Program-made: the position numbers and the translations under genes
Notes under the pieces: model-generated
What the model was told of the DNA's origin: nothing
What the model saw: only the letters and a program-made list of their open reading frames with translations
The model's database searches: none
Part shown: positions 22,319 to 32,360 of the stretch, one piece after another
How positions within the stretch are numbered: position 1 is the stretch's first letter
How the letters are laid out: every line of letters starts with the position of its first letter
Virus record (IMG/VR): IMGVR_UViG_3300010388_000214
Location: 1-64,000 of that record
Length of the DNA: 64,000 bases
Direction: 5' to 3' (one strand)
Source of the DNA: a virus
Lineage: Duplodnaviria > Caudoviricetes

Positions 22319-22603
22319 TTAACCAATGATGGCTAAAATGTCACGGTATGCAATGATAAGAAGTTCTTCACCATCATGCTCAATCTCTGTACCCTGGTAC
22401 TTAGAGAATGCTACACGGTCTCCAACCTCAACATCAATTTCAATAACGCTACCGTTATCAAGAACCTTTCCAGGTCCCTTTGCAAGGACAATTCCAGTAC
22501 CCTGCTTTTCTTCCTGTACGCCTGCAAGAACAAAGCCAGACGATGTGGTCTGCTCTTCCTTGTCTCGACGTAGAACTAGTTTATCTTCAATTGGTTTAAG
22601 CAT
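22319..22603 (-). CDS. groES: GroES co-chaperonin
   Basis: LKPIEDK, TTSSGFVL, GPG, VGDRV.FSKY.GTE, DILA. Confidence 0.93.
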   Translation of the reverse strand: MLKPIEDKLVLRRDKEEQTTSSGFVLAGVQEEKQGTGIVLAKGPGKVLDNGSVIEIDVEVGDRVAFSKYQGTEIEHDGEELLIIAYRDILAIIG

Positions 22604-23300
22604 TTTTAATCTCCTTAGCTGCTTTAAATACCTCTGGGAATGCATCTGTAGATAGTTGTTCTACAGCCTGTGCATACTTCTGAATCTCCCACTGTGCATC
22701 ATGCTCTAGACGTTGGTCTAGAAATGTCATGACACCCTGCAGGGATGTGGTCCAACGCCAACGTACGTACATGCCGTACGCAGGAAGGAATAGGCGTGCT
22801 AGCTCTGGTGCAATACCATCATCCATAGCCTTATGGTACGCAGTAGTCCCGATACCAATGATGTCTAGTAGTGCATCAAAATGCTTCTGTCCTAGTTCAA
22901 GATCAACTGGCTCACCGCTACCCTGCTTAGAGTTCTCAGGCTTGCTTCGCCATTCACCTGGAAGCGGAACATAGAACTTCTCTTCCTCAGTAATGTAGCG
23001 ACGACTAGATTCGTTCCAGCCATTCTGATCGTCCACATGAGTAGAGCTAACAGCATACTTCCACCATTGACGTGCAACAAACAGTGGTGCATAGACCTCA
23101 AAGGTCATAGCTGCATGTCGCAATGGGCTAGTGTGTCCTTCACGAATCAAGAACTGAATTAGTTTAGCATCACGAGGTTCGAAGTCACCAGACTCCTTAT
23201 CGTATGATACACGGGCAGCATTAACTACCGACAGGTCATCTCCGAGGGTATCAACAAGGCGAACGTAGCCTTCATCCAATACATCAATTACCGACTCCAA
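22596..23300 (-). CDS. thyX: flavin-dependent thymidylate synthase
   Basis: AARVSY, HTSP, NESSRRY, PELAR.FLP, AQWEI. Confidence 0.93.
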   Translation of the reverse strand: MESVIDVLDEGYVRLVDTLGDDLSVVNAARVSYDKESGDFEPRDAKLIQFLIREGHTSPLRHAAMTFEVYAPLFVARQWWKYAVSSTHVDDQNGWNESSRRYITEEEKFYVPLPGEWRSKPENSKQGSGEPVDLELGQKHFDALLDIIGIGTTAYHKAMDDGIAPELARLFLPAYGMYVRWRWTTSLQGVMTFLDQRLEHDAQWEIQKYAQAVEQLSTDAFPEVFKAAKEIKNA

Positions 23301-23524
23301 ATGTAGCCTCCAATGCCACCAACAATCATCATGAGAAAGATTACTAGAGCGTAGAACTGTCCAAAGAAGATTGACAGGATAGTTATAACTAGAGCCATTG
23401 CCCCACCTACGATAGCTAGAGCCAGGGGGAACCCAATAGCACCAACAATGATTGCTGACAAGGTTTTGTTCTCGTTATAAAAATTAATAAAGGTTTGCTT
23501 AACGGACTTCATATAGTTCATCAT
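23288..23524 (-). CDS. small membrane protein
   Basis: Two hydrophobic segments. Confidence 0.6.
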   Translation of the reverse strand: MMNYMKSVKQTFINFYNENKTLSAIIVGAIGFPLALAIVGGAMALVITILSIFFGQFYALVIFLMMIVGGIGGYIWSR

Positions 23525-23831
23525 CTTTTGCTTCTCCAAAGCTGTTGTCTAGGACACGGTAATAGTCTCCGTATCGATCGTACTGGTCATAACAGAAATC
23601 ATAAATTGCTGTGTGATACCAGCGAATTGGTTTTTCGTTATCTGCTCGTACAACTATCTTGGTAACGATTCTACTGCAAAGATTACCCCACTTCTGAAGC
23701 AGTGGGTCGTAATGACGATGCACAAGAACCGCATTCCAGTCTGAATAACTTAGTGTTCTTTCTGCCTTTAGGTCAACAATAGGACCAAGGTCAATGGTTC
23801 CAGTATCAACTGTAACTTTTTTCTTTGCCAT
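23499..23831 (-). CDS. hypothetical protein
   Basis: ORF with purine-rich SD. Confidence 0.6.
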   Translation of the reverse strand: MAKKKVTVDTGTIDLGPIVDLKAERTLSYSDWNAVLVHRHYDPLLQKWGNLCSRIVTKIVVRADNEKPIRWYHTAIYDFCYDQYDRYGDYYRVLDNSFGEAKDDELYEVR

Positions 23832-23936
23832 ATTCTCTCTCTCGTTTATGGTCTTATTAGTTTACAGCACTGTGTGGTTTTTCGCAAGTACAAATGAAAC
23901 CGCAGTTTTCACACACACACTATTATAACTAGTTAA

Positions 23937-24149
23937 TTAGACATCTTCCATGCCAAGCACTGCATAGGCAAGTGCAATGGCGTTGCGAATAACAGGCGAG
24001 TGTCGATTCTCAATGTGTAAAAGAGCATACTCAAGGCTAGCAACATTGGCCTGGTAGAGTGGACGAAGCTTTTCGTCATCTTCTAAAAGATCTTCACTCC
24101 AACGATTAAGGGTGTTGATAGCTTTAGCAAGCAATAGTTCGGGTTTCAA
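23937..24149 (-). CDS. hypothetical protein
   Basis: TTG start with AGGAG SD. Confidence 0.55.
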   Translation of the reverse strand: MKPELLLAKAINTLNRWSEDLLEDDEKLRPLYQANVASLEYALLHIENRHSPVIRNAIALAYAVLGMEDV

Positions 24150-24242
24150 AATTGTTTCTCCTAATTAATTATAAAGTAGATAAAGATTCCTACCACTATA
24201 CAGAATACCACACCTGCCGTTAGAATGGCAGATTTAAGGTCA

Positions 24243-24440
24243 TCATTCTTGTACATCTTCTACCATTCGAAGACGCAGACCAGTCTCTGTGGTAGTGACA
24301 TCAAGTGCCATATCTGGTCTGATTGCAGCAAGCTCTTCATCGGAAATCTCTACATCGTTTCCTAGCTTGTGCATCGCAATTGTAAAAAGAGACTCAAGGT
24401 TACGAAGATACTTCTCTTGGTCTGTTGGTTGTTCGCTCAT
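24243..24440 (-). CDS. hypothetical protein
   Basis: GGAG SD. Confidence 0.6.
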   Translation of the reverse strand: MSEQPTDQEKYLRNLESLFTIAMHKLGNDVEISDEELAAIRPDMALDVTTTETGLRLRMVEDVQE

Positions 24441-24529
24441 TACTTCTCCAAAATAGTTTATTTAAATGTGTAGGAAAACATCATGCCCACCCTTAATATT
24501 ATTTCATAAAGGTGGGCAGATGTCAACCA

Positions 24530-25108
24530 TTAATTAACACGAATAATTACAGAGTAGGTGTATGGATCAGAATCAATGTTAGTGTGAGTAACACCGTTCC
24601 TCCATCCAAAACCACCATGCACAGCCGTACCGTCACCTGCATAGATTGCAACGTGACCAGGACGCATCATAATGTCCCCAGGCTGAATTTGTGAATGATC
24701 CACCTGAACGCCAAACTGTCCAAATTGCATTGGACCTAAGTCTGGCACTGAGTATCCGATAGCACGCAAAGAGTTTTCAACCATTGCAGTACAGTCCTCT
24801 GCCCAGCCAAGCTGTGCAAAAGCAGCACCAAGTAATCCTTGGTTTCCAGGTAGTGAAGATGTCGATGGCTTTGAGTTGACAGGCTCGACCTCAATCGATG
24901 CCTCAACAACAACCGCATCTCTTTGTACTTTTGGCAAAGCATCAGAAGTAATACTGATAGTCTGACCAATAGCACGGGAATCTGTTTTGACTTCTTGAAC
25001 TTCTACTTGATTAGATTGAGGGAATTCGATTCCGTAGGCTGGTGTGCTAGTTACACACACCAAGCCAGTTCCAACAATCAGACCAAGAGTCCTCTTAAAA
25101 TAAAACAT
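24530..25108 (-). CDS. secreted NlpC/P60 peptidoglycan hydrolase
   Basis: Signal peptide; DCT, QPGD, GHVAIYAGDG..VHGG. Confidence 0.85.
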   Translation of the reverse strand: MFYFKRTLGLIVGTGLVCVTSTPAYGIEFPQSNQVEVQEVKTDSRAIGQTISITSDALPKVQRDAVVVEASIEVEPVNSKPSTSSLPGNQGLLGAAFAQLGWAEDCTAMVENSLRAIGYSVPDLGPMQFGQFGVQVDHSQIQPGDIMMRPGHVAIYAGDGTAVHGGFGWRNGVTHTNIDSDPYTYSVIIRVN

Positions 25109-25152
25109 GTTCACCAGTATAGCAGCGTATTTTATAAATGGCAAGTCCGACA

Positions 25153-25626
25153 CTAGCATCCAGCATAATTATATGCGTCAAGTTCAAGCCAGTCACGATT
25201 TGTAATGACACCTTTTTCCATGCTGATCAGGTCTTTTACATACTGATCGTAATGACGAAACTCGTGAACAATTACACAAGAAATATATTCTTCTCCATAG
25301 CTATCAGCTACGTGTGTAACGGTAATGTGATGGTTTCCTGGAAAATAGCATCCAGTCACTTCAGACGAGTCCTGTCCATAAACAGGACACGTTCCATAGA
25401 ATACTGGAAGGGTAATCCCCATGCTCTCTGCCAAACTATTTAGATATGGATCTCCAGGTTTGGTCAGCATGACTGGCTCAGGTTTTGGGGTAGGGATAGG
25501 GTCAACCTTTGCATACGTAACCGTATGGTTAGCAATAGAAGGCTCAGCCTTATCCTGTTCCCAGAAAAAACTAGATAGCGGTATTGCCAGTGAGGCAACC
25601 ACTCCAATCACAAATAGTTTCATCAC
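25153..25626 (-). CDS. secreted HExxH metallopeptidase-like protein
   Basis: Signal/TM, Pro linker, VHEFRH...ELDA. Confidence 0.6.
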   Translation of the reverse strand: MMKLFVIGVVASLAIPLSSFFWEQDKAEPSIANHTVTYAKVDPIPTPKPEPVMLTKPGDPYLNSLAESMGITLPVFYGTCPVYGQDSSEVTGCYFPGNHHITVTHVADSYGEEYISCVIVHEFRHYDQYVKDLISMEKGVITNRDWLELDAYNYAGC

Positions 25627-25817
25627 TGATCTTTGTTAATCTTGCTAGCAAGCATCGCCTGTACGTGCTTAAACTCTTGAAGTACACGACGTACCTTGAA
25701 TAGCTCATACTGTGTCAGCTCAATCTCGGTGCTGCCAGCAAACTCTTTATCGGTCTCTACATAAACTGGATACCATTCATCCTGCTCAAAGATAACCTTA
25801 ACTGTCTTATTATCCAT
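25623..25817 (-). CDS. hypothetical protein
   Basis: Coupled ORF. Confidence 0.6.
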   Translation of the reverse strand: MDNKTVKVIFEQDEWYPVYVETDKEFAGSTEIELTQYELFKVRRVLQEFKHVQAMLASKINKDQ

Positions 25818-26043
25818 ACAAGGCCTCCAAACCTTTGCGTACGCAAACCTCTACTCCGTCAGAGTATTTGTGCTCAAACTGTACAGCCACGTCGCTCCAC
25901 CAATCTGGACGGGTGTTGCTTGCAACCCTATCTGTAACAGTATAGATATGCACTTCATCCGTACCTTTGAGTTCTTCATCACGCCCAATATGGACGGTAT
26001 TGATGTATTTATCATTAATCCTAATATCAACATGAATAGGCAT
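25810..26043 (-). CDS. hypothetical protein
   Basis: GGAGG SD. Confidence 0.6.
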   Translation of the reverse strand: MPIHVDIRINDKYINTVHIGRDEELKGTDEVHIYTVTDRVASNTRPDWWSDVAVQFEHKYSDGVEVCVRKGLEALYG

Positions 26044-26428
26044 TAGAACCTCCACTCACAACAGATAGCATTGATATAAGACATAGCAGTCTTAGCATCA
26101 ACGTGTCCGTTTAGATTATCGTTTACAATTTCGGTAATTGCTGCCATTGGGTCAAGCTGAGTGTCCCAACCTCGCAAGTCTACTGTTGCCATTACACACC
26201 TTACAGTTGTCGTCTGAACATTCCTGGCAGATGCCAGTACTACTATTATGAACTATTGACGACTGATTGTCAATAGGTTGAGTAGAAGTATTCATTCTTT
26301 TCATCCGCAAAGTTTAAGTAACTAACTAGGTTTTCTGCTTCCTGCACACTTAACTTTCTGATTGCGATCAAGTGTCCGTCTGACTTTCTTCTTATAAAAT
26401 AATTCATACTTTTATTTTATCACGAGAC

Positions 26429-26457
26429 TTGACATACCGCTAGCCTAACTGTATTAT
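26429..26457 (+). promoter_or_regulatory. SigA promoter
   Basis: TTGACA-N17-TATTAT at divergence point. Confidence 0.65.
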
Positions 26458-26718
26458 TGGAGTATGAGTAAATTTGGACAATGCTATAGCAACCAACATG
26501 AATACTGTTTGGTTGCCATAGGGAAAAGAGTCTGCGATTGTGACTGCCACAGGTAGCGAATACTTTCGGGGTAGAGAAGAACGAGAAGAAGAAATCATAC
26601 AGTTACTAATAAAGGAACTATACAACGTAAGCTGTTGTTGTGATACATCTTCATTCGGAGAACACTATCTATCCTGTAAACAACCAGATAACATTATTGA
26701 TTTGATTAGGAATAACTA

Positions 26719-26916
26719 ATGACCACTAAGAAAGAACAACTAGCGTTTGCGGCAGGTGTCGTCTTTGAACGTAATCGTATTATTGATTTAATCGCACAGC
26801 AAATTCAGGATTGCCCTAATGGCATTGAAGATGGGTGCGATGGCTGTAAGCAGGACATGGCATTCATTAACGTACTGCTTTCTCAGTTTGAGGCTGAAGA
26901 TGAAAATAATTCGTAG
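26719..26916 (+). CDS. hypothetical protein
   Basis: ERNRII motif, CDGC. Confidence 0.6.
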   Translation: MTTKKEQLAFAAGVVFERNRIIDLIAQQIQDCPNGIEDGCDGCKQDMAFINVLLSQFEAEDENNS

Positions 26917-27039
26917 ACACTATAAAAGCGTCACCAAGCACTACCGCTTTAACACCTGGAAAAGTGGTAACTACCGTGCCTTCGACCTGTACTGGGGAAA
27001 GCATTTGTTTGTGTTAGGATTTGAGATAGGAAAGAAGCG

Positions 27040-27408
27040 ATGAACATTGAAGAAGAGATTCTACATTTAACTAAAGCTTGGCTTAATTACATTGCACCAG
27101 ATCATCACAAAGATCGTGACTGCCATTTCTATGTAAAAAAGATTTGGTCATACGGTGACCAGCCTTACTATCAGGCATATCATTATGGGTACGTTGCCTC
27201 AGACTTCGAGGGTACCAAGTGTGACACACTAGAAGAAGCACAAGAAGAACTAAGAGACTTCCTCTACATGTCTATACACAAAGAATATGAGTGGCTTAAG
27301 AAAGTCATTAATAAAGCTAGCAAGAATGAAGATGGCTGGGGTCCAGAAGACTTTGAAGAGCGACTGACTGGTTTGGATAGACTAAAGGGCTGGAACGACT
27401 ATCGATAG
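27040..27408 (+). CDS. hypothetical protein
   Basis: DHHKDRDCH motif. Confidence 0.65.
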   Translation: MNIEEEILHLTKAWLNYIAPDHHKDRDCHFYVKKIWSYGDQPYYQAYHYGYVASDFEGTKCDTLEEAQEELRDFLYMSIHKEYEWLKKVINKASKNEDGWGPEDFEERLTGLDRLKGWNDYR

Positions 27409-27589
27409 TCTTCACCCATAACGTCACCAACGCATTGGTCACAAAGATCGATCCATAGTTGGTCGACCTGATCTCCACATCTTAAACACTTCATAGTTTA
27501 ATTATACACTACGCTAAGTTCGGCGTGCGAAAGCTCGGCGGGAGAAATAAAGGGTTGACAAGCAACCCATACAGGAGTAAAATTATAGT

Positions 27590-27868
27590 ATGAGAAACAT
27601 TAATGAGATTACAACCGAGCAGCTACGTGAAGCCTCCAGTAAAGGTTTTGTGGCATCCCTCGGTTATCGATCTATTGCTGACAACGAGTTTGACTACTGG
27701 CTTGTACGTGAACGACACCGTGTAGCTGATCTGGCTATAGCTAAAGAACGTAAGCGTATCTTTGTTAGCATTATGGCTAACGTAAACAAAACAGTAGCTG
27801 CAGCAAAGCGTGGCGATAATCCTATCGATATGACTTGGCTATTTGAAGAACTAATGAAGGAAGACTAA
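27590..27868 (+). CDS. hypothetical protein
   Basis: TTGACA...TAAAAT leaderless promoter upstream. Confidence 0.6.
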   Translation: MRNINEITTEQLREASSKGFVASLGYRSIADNEFDYWLVRERHRVADLAIAKERKRIFVSIMANVNKTVAAAKRGDNPIDMTWLFEELMKED

Positions 27869-28149
27869 TGATTGTAGATTACAACCACACATGGATGCTT
27901 GGCGATGACTGGGACTGTGATACCTGTGGGTACACCTATAACTCACTCCGACTTGAGGAGTTTGACGATGATCTTTGGTGTTTAACGATGCATGTGGGTT
28001 GTTATGGTGGTGAGTCTGCAATGTCTAATGACGAAAACTTTGCGGTATTGGCAGAAGCAATCATTATTGACTGCCTTAGCTATGAGAACTTCTCAGAGTC
28101 TGATGCAGACTATTTACGTAAACTAATTAAGGAACTATCTAATGTCTGA
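27868..28149 (+). CDS. hypothetical acidic protein
   Basis: Coupled ORF, CDTC. Confidence 0.6.
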   Translation: MIVDYNHTWMLGDDWDCDTCGYTYNSLRLEEFDDDLWCLTMHVGCYGGESAMSNDENFAVLAEAIIIDCLSYENFSESDADYLRKLIKELSNV

Positions 28150-28480
28150 TTACACACCTACAACAGAAGAAGTACTTTATTGCTCTAGCTGCTGGGCCGA
28201 CCTTAAGCTTTACCCACCAGCCACAGAACTGGTATTTGAACGTGATTTCACCGTGAATACTGAAACAGTGCGTAAGGTTTACCGCTATGTCAGAACAGAT
28301 GCCACCGAGTTTGACCGTTGGCTTGCTGAAGTAAAAGCACAAGCAGTAGCGGAATGGCAAAAGCAACACTGGGCTGAGTTCAACAAGAGTCTTGCCCTAG
28401 ACCCTTACCGACAGGGAGAAAAGATTATCCTAAGTAACAACGACTATGATCAACTACGCAAAGCATTGGATGAAGAATGA
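28142..28480 (+). CDS. hypothetical protein
   Basis: YTPTTEEV...EFDRWLAEV motif. Confidence 0.6.
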   Translation: MSDYTPTTEEVLYCSSCWADLKLYPPATELVFERDFTVNTETVRKVYRYVRTDATEFDRWLAEVKAQAVAEWQKQHWAEFNKSLALDPYRQGEKIILSNNDYDQLRKALDEE

Positions 28481-28568
28481 AAGAGTTTTTATTTAAACCA
28501 CGATTTTCAATAGCGTGGTTAATGTTGTTTATAACTATATCGGTAGTGATGCGAGCTTGGATGGGATT

Positions 28569-28862
28569 ATGATCGAGGGTATCTTAGCACTCTTCGCAAT
28601 ACTTATCGGAGCATTAGTTGCACCATACATCAAAGACTACTTTAATCCAGAGCTAAAACCTACTGGAGTAGAGGGTGAGGTACATTACGTAACGGGAGGT
28701 GCCACATACAAGTTTCCTGTTTATGCAGACAAAGCTCCACCACTCAATCCACATCTTGGTATGTCTTGGCTAAACCTTAATGATTCTAATATATATGCTT
28801 GGGATGGACAGGTTTGGAAATTACGTGTAGAACCCAAAGAAGGAGATCTGTGGCTATGGTAA
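28569..28862 (+). CDS. membrane-anchored hypothetical protein
   Basis: N-terminal TM; P..P..G.SW...YAWDG..W. Confidence 0.55.
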   Translation: MIEGILALFAILIGALVAPYIKDYFNPELKPTGVEGEVHYVTGGATYKFPVYADKAPPLNPHLGMSWLNLNDSNIYAWDGQVWKLRVEPKEGDLWLW

Positions 28863-29110
28863 GTTACGAATACATTGAGTCCCAAATTATGGGGGCAGCT
28901 CAAGAAGCAATTGACTATGCTAAAACTACCTATGACAAACTATATACGTGGCAACCAGTATGGAAAACTCTTCGCTTTGATGGAGAGGTTTGGAAAGAAG
29001 TAAGTGCACCAGGAAATGTCACATGGCGTTGGTATGGTAATCCTAATGATAAGGTAAACAGTATCTTCAATCCTACTCCTGGAGATCTATGGATGGAGAG
29101 CAAACCATAA
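28856..29110 (+). CDS. hypothetical protein
   Basis: Trp-rich; PTPGDLW. Confidence 0.5.
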   Translation: MVSYEYIESQIMGAAQEAIDYAKTTYDKLYTWQPVWKTLRFDGEVWKEVSAPGNVTWRWYGNPNDKVNSIFNPTPGDLWMESKP

Positions 29111-29149
29111 ATTTCGGGGTATAAATAATATCCCCCATCATCCCTATAT

Positions 29150-29850
29150 TAACAATTAACCCTAGTCAGAACACATCGTCTTGATTAGGGTTTTTTGCTT
29201 TGCCAAACCCCCTATCCCCATATCCCCCATAACCCCATATCCTGGTTTGACAGAGATCTAAATACCCCCAAAAGTTATCCACAATTGTGTAAAAGTTATC
29301 CACAATTATGTTACTGATTATATAATTAGACAGGGTTTGGAGATGTTGTGGTTTGTCTATTGGGTAAGAGAACGCCTGTATCAAGGCCGATCGTAATCCC
29401 AAACCTCCAAACCTCCCTATCCAAACCTTTCAAACCTCATATCCTGGTGTCCAAACCTGTGGATAAACCTGTGGATAACTTATCAAAACCTGTGGAAAAC
29501 TATCCAAAACCAGGAGAAAGTGTTTCTATATATAGGAGAAATGCTTATAAATATCAAGAATGGTTTGTTATTTGATATGCCGCCAAACCTTTCAAACCTT
29601 ATATAGTTATACATTGATCGGCGGTATTTTGGAGGGCATCGTAATGTCTAACCTTTAAACCAAGTATTAAGCCAGAACATAACTATACATGCTATTAACA
29701 CTATAGGTAATACTACTTCCATTTGATCTCCTTTCTTGGTTTGATATTGATGGTTTGATATTCCCCCAGAAAAAGTCCAGCGATTTTTTGAAGCCCATCG
29801 TAATGTCTTTCGTAAATAGGGTTTGAAATGTAACGGTTTGGTAACGAGTG
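29150..29850. repeat. non-coding repeat block with DnaA boxes and CAAACC repeats
   Basis: TTATCCACA at 29275 and 29296; TGTGGATAA at 29458 and 29470; TGTGGAAAA at 29491; more than a dozen CAAACC/GGTTTG units; lies between convergent gene blocks. Confidence 0.75.
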
Positions 29851-29889
29851 CCCCCAGCCTCCCAGGCTTCCCTGAGAGGAGGAGGTCGA

Positions 29890-30162
29890 TCACTCTTCTA
29901 ACCCGAGCAAGTCCTCTAGACTATCAAACCCTTCGTCTTCTAGTTCTAGTCCTGCTAACAACAATTCAAATGTCTCGTTGATGAACATCTCTGACTTAGC
30001 CGTAGCCGCAACTATCTCTGTAGAAATAGCATAAGCCAATGGCAACCCTAGGTCATTGTATTGGATAAAGTCCTGAAACTCCTGGTCTCCCTTGTATCCT
30101 ATCCACAACTCCGCAAGGATATCGCAACGGCTAGAAAAGGGAGTGGTGAGCGAGTCGGTCAT
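29890..30162 (-). CDS. hypothetical protein, paralog of 30337-30621
   Basis: TPFSSRCDILAELW..Y...LPLAY. Confidence 0.7.
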   Translation of the reverse strand: MTDSLTTPFSSRCDILAELWIGYKGDQEFQDFIQYNDLGLPLAYAISTEIVAATAKSEMFINETFELLLAGLELEDEGFDSLEDLLGLEE

Positions 30163-30340
30163 ACTGTTCTTCTTTCTCAAGTTGTGCTACCTCAGCAATG
30201 TGCTGGATACGATTGAATTGTACGCTAGACGAATGAATTGCTAAATACTTGCCAACGTGGTCAAGGTCTAGCGTGATGTCGTTTAGAATATCTGCTAACA
30301 TCTTGGCAATCTTCTGTTCTTTGGTTTGGCTTCGTCTCAC
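30131..30340 (-). CDS. hypothetical protein
   Basis: Coupled ORF. Confidence 0.6.
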   Translation of the reverse strand: MRRSQTKEQKIAKMLADILNDITLDLDHVGKYLAIHSSSVQFNRIQHIAEVAQLEKEEQYDRLAHHSLF

Positions 30341-30621
30341 AATACATCTTCTCCTGTCGGCAACAATTCTTCGAGGTCTGTATATCCCTTGTCGCTAACC
30401 TCTAGCAAGTCAAGGAACAAACCCCAAGCCTCGTCAATCAAATCGTAGGCGTGCTTGCCTTTGGGTTCAATCATTTCCAAACTTAGCATAAACGCTAATG
30501 GCAAACTCATTGTGGCATAATCCACAAAGTTCTTCCAACGACCCTCGTCATCTTCTCTGTCATAGGCAACCCAGAAGTCACCTAGTATCTTACACTTGTT
30601 CTCAAAAGTAGTTTTTGTCAT
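30337..30621 (-). CDS. hypothetical protein, paralog of 29890-30162
   Basis: TTFENKCKILGDFW..Y...LPLAF. Confidence 0.7.
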   Translation of the reverse strand: MTKTTFENKCKILGDFWVAYDREDDEGRWKNFVDYATMSLPLAFMLSLEMIEPKGKHAYDLIDEAWGLFLDLLEVSDKGYTDLEELLPTGEDVL

Positions 30622-30633
30622 AGTCTATCCAGT

Positions 30634-30999
30634 CTACAGGTTGTAGGTTACAAAGTCAAGCCATACCCTGACGGATTCGGGAATGGTCTTATATACATCT
30701 TTAAATGAATTAGCATCTATCCAGAAGTCGTCATCACCATAGTAGTCTCCACCATGTTCTGGTGTAAGGCCTAGGGTCAAAGCACGGTACTCTTCTTGTG
30801 TGAGTACTAGGTTCAGTGATTCCATTTCATCACTAATAGAATAGTTATCACCATCCCACTCTAGACGATATGGACACAGCATCCATTCCGTGTAAGCTTC
30901 CTCGGGAGGAAGAATCGTAGACATGTCAGCACCACGATTGTAAACGTTGATGTCGAAGTTATCAGTTACTAGTTCTTTAACCATAGAGGTCATAGTCAT
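30634..30999 (-). CDS. hypothetical acidic protein
   Basis: ORF with AAGGA SD. Confidence 0.65.
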   Translation of the reverse strand: MTMTSMVKELVTDNFDINVYNRGADMSTILPPEEAYTEWMLCPYRLEWDGDNYSISDEMESLNLVLTQEEYRALTLGLTPEHGGDYYGDDDFWIDANSFKDVYKTIPESVRVWLDFVTYNL

Positions 31000-31369
31000 C
31001 CTTACTCATTTCACAAAATTGGCAAACTTGAATTGTCTTCATATCCATTTCACGGAGGTAGTCCATCCAAAGATGTTCACCTGTGATGTCGCATTCATCA
31101 GCCTCGTACAGGTCAATCTCAATGTCGCCTGCCTCACCTTCCCACGGTACCTCGGTAACGTAGTAGCAGAGACGATTAACAAACATAGCACCATTAGTGA
31201 TTACACTAAAGTCGCCACCGTCGAGGAATGTCCAAACACGATTGTCTTCAATAATAGATTCAATAAACTCTAAGTCGACCCCATAGGTCTCATAGATACG
31301 GATTTCATTATGGTCATTTGTAATTGGCTTGTACTTGTCAAACCATTCATCATACTCTAATTCAGTCAT
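30977..31369 (-). CDS. hypothetical acidic protein
   Basis: YETYG, VWT..DG, FVNRL.YYVTE.PW. Confidence 0.7.
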   Translation of the reverse strand: MTELEYDEWFDKYKPITNDHNEIRIYETYGVDLEFIESIIEDNRVWTFLDGGDFSVITNGAMFVNRLCYYVTEVPWEGEAGDIEIDLYEADECDITGEHLWMDYLREMDMKTIQVCQFCEMSKDDYDLYG

Positions 31370-31499
31370 ATATCCATTCTCTCAGCTATGGGGTTAAAAG
31401 TCAATAGTTATTATGGATTCATTCTTTGGGCTACCGCTCGTTCAAACTCAGCCTCAAGTCGATCAATCTCGTCGATCATTTCATACCAGTTCTTGCTCA

Positions 31500-31676
31500 T
31501 TAGATCTCCTCTAGTTCGTCAATAAAGTTAGCAGGGGTGTCGGATCCAAACATCTGATCAGCTTCTTCTGGTGTCAACCAGATCACACCAGGAGGGTTTG
31601 GGGTATAAAAGTATTGTGCACTTTTATAATCAAAGTATAATTCAAGACTCTCTAAGTCATCACGCATTGTTATCAT
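31500..31676 (-). CDS. hypothetical protein
   Basis: GAGGGAG SD. Confidence 0.5.
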   Translation of the reverse strand: MITMRDDLESLELYFDYKSAQYFYTPNPPGVIWLTPEEADQMFGSDTPANFIDELEEI

Positions 31677-31913
31677 ATTCTTGCTCTCCCTCGCATAGTG
31701 GACAAAAGGGGGTACAGTCAAAGCTACCCTCATGGTTAGGACATTCAATCATGTTAACCAGTATATCTTGAATCAATGGATAAAGCAACATCGACACGGT
31801 CAAGGTCATAAGCTTCTTCAAGCTCTTCCCAATCGGCAGCAGTCCAATGGCTAGTCTTAACAATAACTACCTTATCAGCACTACCGTAGTTACCGTCGCT
31901 AGCAAAGTAATGA

Positions 31914-32093
31914 CTACTCATCTTCTTCTTCATCCTCTAGATATTGGTCAACCTCAATAGAGTAGACACCGTCATATGACGTGCCGTCTTCCTGATAGTC
32001 ATACTCCCAAGCCAAAGCTTCTGCTTCTTCGGGGGTATCAGCTTCAACATCAAAAGAGTAATCAACTCTCATATTAACTAAGAACTTAGCCAT
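31914..32093 (-). CDS. small acidic protein (59 aa, not in ORF track)
   Basis: GAAAGGA SD; MAKFLV...VEADTPEEAEALA...EDEEEDE. Confidence 0.65.
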   Translation of the reverse strand: MAKFLVNMRVDYSFDVEADTPEEAEALAWEYDYQEDGTSYDGVYSIEVDQYLEDEEEDE

Positions 32094-32326
32094 TAGTATC
32101 CTTTCAATATGTCTGACAGTTGGTCTAACTGTTCTGGGGTTAGTCTTCCGATTACACTTGTGTCGATTGCGTTAGCAAACATATCCTGTATTTCGTTCAT
32201 ATAATAAGTATGACTTAGATAAAATGGTTTGTCAATATTTCTGGGCGTTTTGTTACCCTATCGTAATCATTGCACAATGACTATATATATAGTTATAAAC
32301 ATTGGCGGCCCCCGATCCTGGTGGGG

Positions 32327-32353
32327 TAGGCAGTTTATTCTCATGCCTAGGAG
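32327..32353 (-). ncRNA. small pseudoknot motif, copy 2
   Basis: CUC-C-UAGGCA-U-GAG-AAUAAAC-UGCCUA just after the DUF932 stop. Confidence 0.65.
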
Positions 32354-32360
32354 TGTCCGC

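Noticed and set aside
29166-29893. ORFs 29166-29402, 29348-29575 and most of 29648-29893
   Set aside because: Low-complexity translations of the repeat block without SD; only a short C-terminal TM peptide (MEVVLP...) has an SD and might be real
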